Source: Psammoneis japonica (Eukaryota). Taken from it: a stretch of DNA of 64,000 bases. The stretch covers positions 186,001-250,000 of the forward strand of contig QPGO01000048.1 of NCBI GenBank assembly GCA_008632985.1, read 5' to 3'. The notes under the pieces were generated by a model. The model did not search any database. It was not told where the DNA came from and was given only the letters and a program-made list of their open reading frames with translations. This document shows, piece by piece, positions 48,610 through 60,400 of this stretch. Every line of letters begins with the position of its first letter. Position 1 is the first letter of the stretch. A program made the translations under genes and the position numbers.

Positions 48610-49528
48610 GATATCTTCCAGGTCTGTTATCCGTGCGAAGGACAAAAGGTGTTGCCGTAAAGAATAGTGATTGTTCGGAACCGATTGCAAAGCTTTTCTA
48701 ACAGTACTACAGGCGAGGTTAGGAAGCGAAGGATTGCTCGTTGCAACTGTTGCAGTGATTTCCAGGTTGCTTTGCGTCCAATAAAAACGACACCATGGCC
48801 TTCCGCCTTTATTTCGCGCAAAGCATGCCCGAACCCCGAACCCCGCACCCCGCCCGAACCAACAACAATGAGCCGCGCAGCTTCCGCAACAGAGTGGCAT
48901 TTGACGGCGTGAGAACCCTGACAGCACAATGACAACATTGTTCGATCGATCGTGCTCTTTCTCATGATGACGTGTCAACATTCAGATGGCCTCCAATGTG
49001 GCTGGCTGTGCTGTGGCGATGAACTGCACGAAACCAAACAACGCCATTTTGTTTGGGCCGGGGCGAGAAGCACGAGAGCCATGATGGTGACATCACAATT
49101 GCCAAATGGGTTGGGAATTCTGCCAAGGTCATTCGCACTCAGTCATGTCTGCTGTTTTGTGAAAAGGAGCCCATGCTGGAAGAAGTTTGCTGCAAGTTTT
49201 TTGCACCAGCAGCCTTTCTGCAAACAAGAGAAGCGGGTTGCAGAGAGGCTCGAAGATGCAGCGATGGCAAACAAACAGTCACTCAGTTGCTTCAAGCTGT
49301 TGAAGCAATGCATGCACTGAGCTGGATTTGGCACTGCTGGATTTGGTGTTGCTGGATTTGGGTGAAGAAGGAGTGTGATGTCTGGCTGAACAATTCCCGA
49401 AAATCATGACGCGGCAGCAGAAGATGTGTGCTCCTCAACGTGATGACAGAGCAGAGCAGGAGACAAGGCTGACAAAGGACAAACTTTGGGCTTTGCTGCA
49501 ATTTTTTGAATTGGACAAGAACAACATC

Positions 49529-49766
49529 AGCTGAGATGCAGTCCTGCAGCGTGGCAGGGTGGATGTGACCTCAGAGGTTGGCAGCAACGTCAGCGGCAAC
49601 AGAGCAAGCAAACAGACGCTTTGTTCAAAGTCGTTGTCTGGAAATCACGACGAAAGTTCGTTGTTGTTTTTGAATCGGATTGTGAGTTCAGCTGAACAAA
49701 TCAATGAAAAGAGCTGAGTTTGGGATGCAGTCGTGACGTGCAACCAAATGACATTAAGTCGTGACT
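49529..49766 (-). repeat. 3' LTR of the copia element
   Basis: Aligns to 55396-55611. Immediately preceded on the minus strand by the polypurine tract GAGAGGGAG (plus 49767-49775). Confidence 0.9.
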
Positions 49767-52700
49767 CTCCCTCTCAACCGAGAGAGCGCACCAGCCTGTG
49801 AGAGCCTTTCCAGCTGTGCGGAGCGCATCGGTCTGTGGTCCCTTCGTGAGCTGATCGGCCAGTTGCTCTAGAGTGCTGACAGGTTGAATGTTGATCTCCA
49901 ATTGTTTGACATCAGTCCAAAACCAGTGGTGTGGGACACTGATGTGCTTGGTTCATGGAGACAACTTGGGCATGTGATGTGTGCAAACTTGAGGCATGCG
50001 GAGTTGTCTTCGCACACAACGGACACAGGTGGGACATTCTGCTCACAAAAGCACTTCAGAGACTGCTTGAGACCATGCAGTCCTTTCAGCAACCTGAGAA
50101 CCATGTTGAGTCCTGATTTTGGTGTGAAACCTTTGGGTGGTGACATGCAGACTTTCTTTGGCAACATCTGCTTGGCAAAAGGCTGCAGCACAGTCTGCTT
50201 GACATGCTTTCCATCCTTCTTTCAATGCTGCAGTGAGCATGAGTTGGATGCTGGACCACTGCACTGCCGGCGCATGGGCTTCAAAATGATCCACACCTTC
50301 TTTCTGCAGATCTCCTTGGACACAGCACCGGGCCTCACATTTCAATGGCGTTCCGTCTGGTGACCTTTTGAGCTTAAAAGCCCATGCACTGGGGAGCACA
50401 TTCATCTTCAGAGTGCATTTAACTGCTTTCCAGGCACGATGGTGGATGAGTGCATTCACTTCAATTTTCATTGCCTTGATCCACTTTTCTGCATCTGGGC
50501 CCTTCAGAGCATTGTGCAATGAAGGCATGTGGGGGTTCTTGGCATTCTTGGTTGCCGCATGAGCCCTGGGATCACCAATGTTGCATGTGCCAGCATCCAC
50601 ATTGGTCTTGAGAGTTGCCAGATGAGCTGGTTGAGCTTGGTGTCCAATTGGCACCTCTTCTTCCTTGATGGAGCTAAGGCAGACTTTGTCTGTAAACTTG
50701 GTAGAATGGAGCTGTCCTTTGGTTGACCTGGAAGACCATTGCAGCCCCAATTCTCCCTCTGAATTTGTCACAGGAGGCGCTTCAACTGGAGCAGGTGCTG
50801 TTGGTTTGGAAGGTGCTTCAGGTGGCAGAAGTTCATTGCTTTCCTGAGGTGGAGGTGCCTGAATTGGCACAGGCTCTACAGAGTCTGCACTGTCTTTAGT
50901 TGCAGGTGGGGCTGGAGGCACAGGCATTGCAGTCATGGGCGTGACTCGATTTGATGCATCTTCGAAAGGAACAACTGGATCCGGCGCAGATGTTGATGGA
51001 TTTGGTTGGAAGTTGCCTCAAACACGAGTCTCTCTGGCCAGTTCTTGTTCCTCACATTGGCGTTCAGAAGGAGCGAGCCACTCATTGTTCAGATGGACAG
51101 TCTGATCTTTCTCCAATGGGATGAGAATGGACTGGTTGAGACAGAGTTGCTCCCAGTGGTCGGGTGCATCCGTCTCCCTCTCGATCAATGGTGCGGCAGA
51201 GAATTGATTGTCAAAAACCACATGATGCTGAGGAGCAACGCTTCCAGTTTGTAAATTGAGGACCAGGGGTGCCTCACTTGAGTGGCTTGCACTCAAACCA
51301 ACAAAAAGAGCATGGTGAGTGCGAGGTTGCCATCAAAAGGCAGTTTCTTCCTGGGTGCAAGGACCGGGTCAAGGACATGCGCTGGACAACCCCACACACG
51401 AATGTCTTGCAACCAATGTCGAGGCACCATGGAGCTGGTGAAAATGTCTGCTGGGCAATGCCCTTTGTTGGCATTGGGGGTGATGTTGTAGATGTGCACA
51501 GCATGAGAAACAGCCATGGGCCATGGTGAGCTGTTGACCCCCCCTTCCAGTGGATTGATGCATGAAGTGTCACACGCTTGTTTTGCTTGAATCGTCTCCA
51601 CAGCAGAGAAACCCAGTTGATGTTTGACATGGAGGCAGCCGGAGGTGTGGTTGACAAAGATGCACCCTCCCTTGAATTGCTTGAATGTGGCTTTGCTGCA
51701 TGAGTCAAAGGTTTGGCCAAGCAGGCGCAACTCAAAATGATCAATGCTGACAGCCTGAACCAGTCGTTTTTGGTCAGCTTGGAGGGCCCCATCACGTTCA
51801 GGGACTGTCTTCTTGTGGGTGGAGCCCAGAGATTGTCTGTGACCTTTGGCATGTTTGCATGCTTTGCATCTTGGGTGGTCACACTTCGCCGCTGCCTTGA
51901 ACCAATTTGACAAGAAAGGAACCACGCAAAGAAGGGCTTGTGTGCAACCAAAGTTCAAATGACCAAATCTGGAGTGCATGTTCACTGAAAGTTTCTGACC
52001 CGCTGTCAGATTCTGATTTTCCTTGTTCAGGATAATTGGGTTCACTTGAGGAGCCTCAGATGCGCCCTTGATCATTGACACAACAGGCAAGTGGCTTGGT
52101 TGATGATGCGGCATGCCCAACTTGCCTGCTCCGTCAATGCACAACTTGAAACTGTGCTTGTCCCCCTCATGCTTCCCATGCACACCTTTCTCTTTGTCAA
52201 AGAGGCATTGAGGTGACAGCAGGCATTGACGGGCTCCAGGGAGGATGTGGCATGCCACAGTGTTCAATTGGGTGGTGGCACTGCTTGGTGTTGTGAAAAC
52301 CCATGCAACCAGGCCAGCACCTTGTGTGGTGAGACCATTTGCTGTCCCATTGATCTGCAAGGGTTTCTTGGGAATGGTCACAGGGCCAGCAAAATTGGCT
52401 TCATTGGGAGCAACAGCTAGCATGACACCAGCATCCATCACTGCAGCCAGAGTCTTGTCCAACAGACCAATGAGCGCCTGCGGATCGGATGCTGACAGCT
52501 TGGCTTGAGATGCTCCGGCAAGCAACTGAATGGTTGATGTGTTGCAGACAATTGCTCCAACACATGCTTCTTCCAACAGAGCAAAAGGATCTTGAGAACG
52601 AGTGGCATCCATGACGTGATGAGGGATGCAAAGTTCGTCGAACTGAAAGAAGTCTGGACTGAACTGCTTGAGAGCGTCAAAGAAGCATTTCTGCTCGTCG

Positions 52701-55383
52701 AGAGGTTCCAATTCCTTGCAGGCATCAAAGAAGGTTGATTCATCAATCGAATCTGACTGTTCAACTGGACGGCGCATGACAAACTTGGCGAGCACTTGCA
52801 CGCCCTTGATCTTGTTGCATTCGAACAGTGAGCAGGCATCCAACACAATCCAGTCATCTGACTCCTCCACAATGTGGTGGACTTGAGAGCCAGCTGTCGA
52901 AAATTGGCTTGATGCGTTTGTGAACGGATGCTTGGGCTGTTGACAGGCACAAACTGCTGACCACACCACAACTGCAACAGACAGGACCATCCAGGAGGCC
53001 GGAAACCCGTGCAAGGTTGAGAGTTTGTGCTGGCAACACAGAGCTTGAGGGATGCTTGGGATTGGAGCAAAGCAGACATGTGGCACCATTGCCCAAAACA
53101 TGGCGGCGAGCCAGAACACGAAGAGCTTGACTCATCCCAAAATTGATCAACGCAAAGAGGTCTCTTCTTTGTCGTGCTTGTGACAATCATCCACACCCAG
53201 GTTCTCTGGATCATAAAAATCAAAGCCACAATGTGCAACACATGGAGGCAAGTCATCACATGCATCTTCAAAGTGTGGTTCATGTTCAAGAAGGAGCGGA
53301 GATCCAACTTGGCATCATCTGACAGCATGTCCATCAGGTTGACAGGAGCATCACAGAACTCATCTGGGTGCTTGTCAGAGTGCAGCTTCAAGGCCGGGAA
53401 CAACTCAACAACTGGTGGTTGGTTCTCAAACGCAGAGAGAGCATCAGCACATTCGCAGAAGTCATTGGTGTCCTCAGGAGTGATGGTCTCAACCACGATT
53501 GGAGACACATTTGGGCCCACAACTGAGTGAGTGTTTTGTGAGCTCAATTCCATGCATGCTTTGTCAAAGCTGACTTCCTTGTTGTTGTCTCTCCCTCTTG
53601 GCCAAAGGTGCTGGAGCAACAAATGCTGTTGCAGCAACAGGGGCAGTGAGGAAATCTGGGTTGGCAACAGCATCTGTGGCCGCGCACCACATCCCTGTGA
53701 AAACCAACACGTTTGGGTTGGATTTGTCTCCCTCTGGTTCCTTGGCAGTCTGAGCTGGCAGACCCATGGGCACACTGCCATCTGGATCAGAGACTTGGGA
53801 CAAAGTGCTTGCTGGGGTTTCCTGGGTGGGGTGCTTGAAGTTCTCCTTGTGCTCTGCAGTGGAGTGACGTTTGGCAGATGCCCAGCTTGTTGGCTCCCTT
53901 TGCCATGCATGTGGCACACCACTTCCATTCCTTGCCATTCTCACCCGTGGTCATCTCCCCATTAAACTTGGTGCGCCATGCAGTGATTTGTTGCTGCTTC
54001 TTCTTGGAAGGGTCATCTCTGCAGGTGGTGGATTTGGAGGAGGATCACCACGTGGCAGTGGCGGGTTACACTTTGGGCACATCTTCTTGGTGCACCCCTC
54101 AAGACCACAACTAAAACAGTGCGCCATCTTCCCAGGGTCATCCGTGGATGAAAGGTTGCTCTCGGGCAGCTTGGCAACCAATGCAGGCCACTCACTGTCC
54201 TTCACCACAAGCTCGTTGTGCTGCTCTTGGATCCATGCAATGATGCCGACCGGTCCGAGTGTGTTGCAGTCTCTGTCAGTCTTGATTGCAGCGGGATCCT
54301 GCCTTGAGCCTGTGCTTGCATTCCATCTTCTTCACATTGTCAATCTTGTTGTGGATGACCCGATTGAAGCAATCAGAAGACGTGCTGGATGCCTTGTGGA
54401 GCAGCTTGGAGCCAGTGTTTGTTGGAAGCACGCAGTTGGTCTGCATCACCTTCACAATGCAAAGTGCTTCAGTGGCGAAGTCCATGCAATCCTTGCTGGC
54501 ACAGGCAGCCAAACTGAGATCCTCTGGCTCCTTCTTTGCTGTCTCAACATCCGTTAGAGTGCCAGCATTGCAAGCATCAAGTGCCATCATGAATGGAGTT
54601 GACCCAGGAGGGCAGTCTTGGAAGTCCTTGAGATGGTTGAACTTGGTTTCGATTTTCTTGCAAAAGGTGTTCGAGATTCTAGAGTGTGCCAGAAGCTGAG
54701 AGAGATGTCATCAAGCTTGATCTCATCGTAGCATGTGTCATCCCCAGCCACGTTCCTGGTGTTGTGCTCATTCACAAGATTGGTCACGGTGAAATCATGG
54801 AGATGATCAAAAAGACATGGAACCTTGCTGTTGCTGTTCTTGACATGGCAGAAAGTCTGCTGGCCGTGGGCTTCAACTGGGTCTCAAACAGTCTTGACGA
54901 AATGGTCCTTGTCAAGCTCGTTGATGGGACCGTTTGAAATCTCAAGTCAACTGTTGAACTTGGAAGTCATTGTGGAAGTTTGTTGATCTCGGAGGGATCA
55001 TTCTGTCGAGTCGAGAGCCTTGGGATGACGGTGCTGCAAGGCAAATTGGCAGGTTCTTGATGAGGTTTGGGTGCAGGCATTGTTGAGTTTGGAGCCACCA
55101 ATGCAGACCCTGTGGGTCTGGTGAATTCCACCGCGCAACGGCATGGTTTGAGTTGGAGGAGCGTTCTTGGTGGCATTTGCAGCCATTGCATTGGCAAACG
55201 CCTTTGCCAGGACATCCAAATTGACAGCAGTTGTGGTGGAGAGTGCAGTGGGGAAGGTTCTTGATGGCATGAAGACAAGAGAAGCAAGTGAGTCTCAGCT
55301 GTTTCCTGGGTTTGCTTCAAAATCAAAACAGAAAGTGTCTGTGATGATGACTCAGTCAGGAGCTCTCGTCAATGCACAAGCTT

Positions 55384-55395
55384 GGGCTCACAACC
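55384..55395 (-). promoter_or_regulatory. Primer-binding site complementary to the anticodon arm of initiator tRNA-Met (half-tRNA priming), one TA->TG change
   Basis: Minus strand GGTTGTGAGCCC versus expected GGTTATGAGCCC (compare Drosophila copia GGTTATGGGCCC). Confidence 0.8.
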
Positions 55396-55611
55396 AGTCA
55401 AGATGCAGTCCCGCAGCTTGGCAGGGTGGGTGAGACCTCAGAGGTTGGCAGCAACATGAACAGCAACAGAGCAAACAGATGCTTTGTTCAAAGTCGTTGT
55501 CCAAAAATCACGACAAAGTTCAGATTGTGAGTTCAGCTGAACAAATCGATGAAAAGAGCTGAGTCTGGGATGCAGTCATGACATGCAACCAAATGATGTT
55601 GAGTCGTGACT
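55396..55611 (-). repeat. 5' LTR of the copia element
   Basis: Aligns to 49529-49766. Terminal inverted repeat AGTCA...TGACT. Followed directly by the PBS. Confidence 0.9.
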
Positions 55612-56734
55612 GCATCTCTGGGCTCCTCAAAACAGTCAGAGTCACAACAGCAAATTTTTGGCAGAGCAAGAGCTTTTCTTGACCCAGCCACATGCTGTCC
55701 AAAATGTCAACAACAGCCGTTTCTCACAAAGCTTGTGCCAGCTCAACAGATTTTGGTGGTTCTGAGAACAGATGGGAGAACAAAGGACACCAATTTCTTG
55801 CAAGGCAACTGAGTGTAAAGCTTTGCCAGTTGTTTTGTGCATGTGAACAAGATCCACCAGTCACTGTGTGCCAGTGGAGCGAGCGGGACAACTGCACTCA
55901 TGATTTGTGTTTGCAGCTGTGTTTGTGCTGCATGCCAGCTCAATGCTCAGTGGGCATTGGTTCTTCACATGGACATGACATGAACCTCTTCCAGCTTTGA
56001 GCTGTGATTTGCCAATTGGTTTGGAAAATGAAAATGAAAACCTTGGCAGTGCCCACATGTTGGCTGAACTTGGACATGCACGGCCCAGAAAGCTGTTCCC
56101 AAATTGCCAACAGGGAAAAGTGCCAAGAGGCTCAGTGTTGATGTGAGCCTCATCTTTGCTCAAAAACCTGTGTGGTGCATTTCTTGACAAGTGCAATGGC
56201 ATCCCTTCATGAGGGCAACACATGTGGAGGTGAGCAAATGTTTGTGTGCCTGCCTCCCAGCCGGCCATCACATCTGAGTGGTGCCCCATGTCAGCAGATT
56301 GAATGTCATCAGCACATGTCAGATTGAGGCTTTCTGCTGTCATGTGGCTTTCAAAATGCATCAACAGATTTTAAAGCTTTCTGACATCATGCAACCCATG
56401 TGACACATGTTGTCATTCTAAAAACATTGTTCACAAGTCCTCACCATCTTTGAATCATCCAAGTTAATTGTGCGCTGGAAAGCTGTTGTTCATTGCTGTG
56501 ACAGTCTTGTTCTTGGTGGCCACAAGTTGATGATGTCATGTTGCACTCATCAAGACATGCACAGCTCCCAATGCTGCACAAACAACAACAGCACTTTTTT
56601 CAAAGTTTGTGCTCTTGTTGTTTGATGACCATGAACCAAACTTGGAGCTGCAGTCTTGATGTTCTGCCTCATCTCCTGTCCCAGTGGGCTTGCTGGGCTT
56701 GCAGCAGTCACAACAGCCACAGCAGACCAATTGA

Positions 56735-57295
56735 GATGCTGGACCCCAATCTGCATCCCTTCAGCATGACAGCAAAAAGAGCAAAAAATGTTTCCATGAT
56801 GACAGAACAAAAGGAACAAACTCACAATGTGAACAGCACTTGTGCTGGCATTTTCAGCCTTGCTGCACAGTCATTCTTTCAGCACAGCTGCTCAAGGAGT
56901 GGGGGCTGTTTTAATGAAGACATGACAACAACAAACACAGAGTGTGAGCAGTGCTTGCAGCAGCTTCCTCAGTCCATTTGGATGACACTTTCTTGCTTGA
57001 TTGGCCTTTTGATCCTCTTGTGCATCCTTCCAGCACAACAACTTAAGAGACAAGAAACATTTCAACAATGACAAAAAAAGCAAAACCCACAACATGAACA
57101 TTGCTTCCATCAGCATTTTTGGCTCCTTGTGCTGCCCCTTTCAACAACTCATTCAATTGGTTGGCCCTTTGATTCTCTTGTGCACTCTTTCAGCATGACA
57201 GCACAAGGAGCAAAAAATGTTTCAATGACAACAAAAAACAACAACAGCAAAACTTGCAATGTGAGCAGTGCTTGCATTGGCATTTTCAGCTCCTT
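56735..57295 (+). repeat. Degenerate tandem array, ~140-160 bp unit
   Basis: ttcagcatgacagca...gagcaaaaaatgttt...ggcattttcagc at ~56760-56858 and ~57189-57289, with partial copies near 56880 and 57000-57120. Confidence 0.65.
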
Positions 57296-57499
57296 CATTT
57301 TCACAAAGACAAAACAACACATCAACAAACATGCAATGTGTGGGCAGCACTCATGCCCGGCAATTCATTCTTGTTGTCTTTGGGTTGAGACTGCTTGAGA
57401 CACAACTGCATCTCCTTTTTGCTTCATTGACATTGCCGAGTGATTGGGGGAGCCTTGCTGCAGCATCAAGATGCGCGCCATTCTGGTTGTTCTGATTTT

Positions 57500-60400
57500 C
57501 TTGCAGAACTGCCATCAAGGAGCACATTTGTCCCACCCTTTTTTGTGTGTGCATCCACAACACCTCCTGTCAAAATGACTTCAAGCTGTCAATGACTGAC
57601 TTGGCATTTGAAATGATGACATCTGTTTTTGTCTTGTTTGCACATCCAAACTGCACACCACTGCCCTTCTCCATCTCCAAATCATCCACCAGCACCATGG
57701 CATCATTGTGTCATTGTCAATGCTGCTCTCTTTGAAGACATTCTCTGTTGTTGCACATGCTGCCATTGCAGGCTCCAAGCGGGCAAGATTTTGTGCAATG
57801 CTCTGCATGGCCACCTCCAACATGTCCCACAATGCCCACCAGGATGTCACCAAATTTGCCTCATGGTGCCATGCCCATGTTGCAACACTGCTTGCAAATG
57901 TTGTCTTGGATTTCCAAATGGCTCACTTGTGTCCTTTCTCTTCCATTTGTCATCCATCTCCTTCACAGTCTTTTCATGCTGCATCTTCTGCTTGGCTGCC
58001 ATGGCCCGGGCTTCTGGAAAACCTGTGGGGGACTGTTCCCTTCCAGAAAACTCTGCTGCCTTCTTTGTCAGCTCCCCAGGATCCTTGAGAGGTTTTGCTG
58101 CAGAGCTTGAAAGACAACCTGGCTCAGAAAACAAGTTCATGTGCAGGTTCACCCAGCCACTCCTGTGCTGCTGTCAAGATGAGAAAGTGTTGGTTGTGCA
58201 TGGGGTTGAAGCACCACCTGTTTGGTGAGCCACATTCAACACATCTGTCACAATCTGTTGCAAGCCTTTGACAACCTGTGCAATGAACCTCCCAGTGAAG
58301 ATCATTTTCTTGACCATGCTCACTCTGCTTGGGTGTGCAAGATCAAGGCCACCCCACAAGTGGTGCCAAACAAACCCTGCTTCACATTCACAGGTGAACA
58401 TTTGTTTGACAATTGCCCTCTTCTGAACAGCAATCCCTGCATCAAGAGGGGCTTCACATCTGCTTCTGTCAATTTCTGAAGCACGAAGCAATGGTCCAAG
58501 CATCTCAATTCATGAGGAAGCAAGGTCTTGTTCTTTCATCTGCCAATGAGGAAACTGTGAGTCCATCCACACCAGCAACAGACCTCTGGATTTTTAGCAG
58601 AGCCATCACAGCCAGTTTTGGAACTGTGGTGCTGCCCACTCTCTTCTCACTGAGACCACAAAACACATGCTGGCAGGGTGATTGTGAAAGAGGGGCTCCC
58701 AGTCTCATTGACTTCTGCTGAAATGCCTCTTTCTTCATCAAGTGACACCTTCAGCACCAGTCAAGACCTCACCCTTTCATCATCTCCTGATGCAACTGCA
58801 CTGCCTGATGATGATCTGACCATGCCATGCATCAATCAGGGGAGGGCACAGATGAACCTCAAGTCACTCCAGTTTGGAGCACAAAGGCAAAACTCTGCAG
58901 CAACGTCATGCACATCCACAGGCATGTGCCGGTGGTTGAACCCAGCATGGCATCTCATGCCCCATGAATCAGCACACAAATCCTCAATGCTCTCACTTGC
59001 AAGAGAAAGGCAAGCAAGCTGTGGTGCTGACACAGACTGCACAGGAGAGTGCAACAATGAGCACTTGGAGTGAAAAGCTGGACACCTGCATTGTTTCCGT
59101 CAATGGCAAACATGTTTTTGCCCAGGAAGAAGTGACAGATCAACTTCAAGGAGTTTGCAATCATGGCAGGGTGCATTTTGACATTGAAGTTGTGAGCTGT
59201 GATGAGGAGTGTGGGTTGAGCACAATTTGGTTTGCTCCCCCCTCCCTCTGACACTGATGAGCACCACATTCAGGAGCTCACTCAGGTGGATGTTTGCGCC
59301 ATCATGGAGATCCGACACCCTGACACTGATTTTTCAGCTCTTGACTGACCCACCAATTTTGCACCATTGAATGTTTGTCATGAAAATGGCATGGTGAATT
59401 TATTTGCCATCTCTTCTCATGTGCTGTTGCTCCAGAAGAATGTGTGCTGGATGCCTTCAGACATGGCTCTTCACTCAATGAGCTTGACATGATGCCAGAA
59501 TGACATGCTGGCGAGGTCAAGCAACTCATTCAGCATGATGAACTTGACATGTTTGGCATGCCCATCAAGTGGCCAAAGGGCACCACAATTTTGTGTCCAC
59601 ATTGGCAGCATCACCTCCAGCAGGATGGCACTCAACAGCAGTCATGCAAATGCTGCAATTGCTCTCCTTGAGCTCACCTGCCTTCCATGCACTCATCTTG
59701 TGTGGAACAACCCATCTGATGGATGTTTTTTGCTCTTGCAACAATGACAAGCTGCAGCATTTGCAACGGTGACACTCAAGTTGCACGCGCGCACCTCCTG
59801 AGCCCCTCCAATCCCCAGCTTGTGTTGCTGTTGATGATGCATGTGCTGCTTGTCACAAGTCTCACTTTTGGAGTTGACCCAGACCACTCTTTGGTCTTGC
59901 CAATGCTGCAAGCACTTTAAAGACAACCCAAAGCTGGCATGCTGTGGGAGAAACATGGCAACAAGATGCTCGTGGATGCCAAGCTCTTGTTTTGCAACAC
60001 CGCTCACAACCCACAACAAATGTGCATTCATTCTGCAACCTGCAAAAGGAAGAAGATTCTGCTCTTGCACACCAGGTTGATGACTTCTCCACTGCATCTC
60101 CAGTGGAAGCTCTTGTGGCAAAGATTTTTGACACTGTTGGTCAAGCTTTGCAATTGCCTGGCAAAGCCATGCTGCCTTTCAAGTGTTTTGGGTCTGTTGC
60201 ACTGAATTTGATGGTGTGGACATGCACCAGCCAACATGATCATTTGATCAGTGTTGCTTGTCACAGCTGTGTCAATTGGGTTTTGTGGCAATGCACAGTT
60301 GGGAGACACCAGCTGTGGATGAACCAACATCAGAATCCATTCCTGGCAGATTCAGTGTCTAAGTTGCACTCTGAAGTTGGTTGCCTTGAAGGCACTCCAG

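Larger units (their letters stand above)
49529..55611 (-). mobile_element. Ty1/copia (CoDi-type) LTR retrotransposon with both LTRs, PBS, PPT and TSD; hypermutated and internally deleted
   Basis: Domain order gag (zinc knuckle CFSCG..CPKC), PR (MDAG from DTG), IN (H..GH..C..C; IDHFE...GGCIFV), RT (WAFKLKR.PDG, GDLQ, L.GLKQS), RNase H (EDNSAC, LADQLTKG). LTRs 55396-55611 and 49529-49766. TSD acatc/gcatc. Confidence 0.93.

Noticed and set aside
49529..55611. Classical RIP or CpG methylation as the sole explanation of the element's decay
   Set aside because: Both give C->T only and cannot produce Tyr->His/Cys, Thr->Ala or the TSD and PBS A->G changes. RIP would raise TpA rather than remove it.
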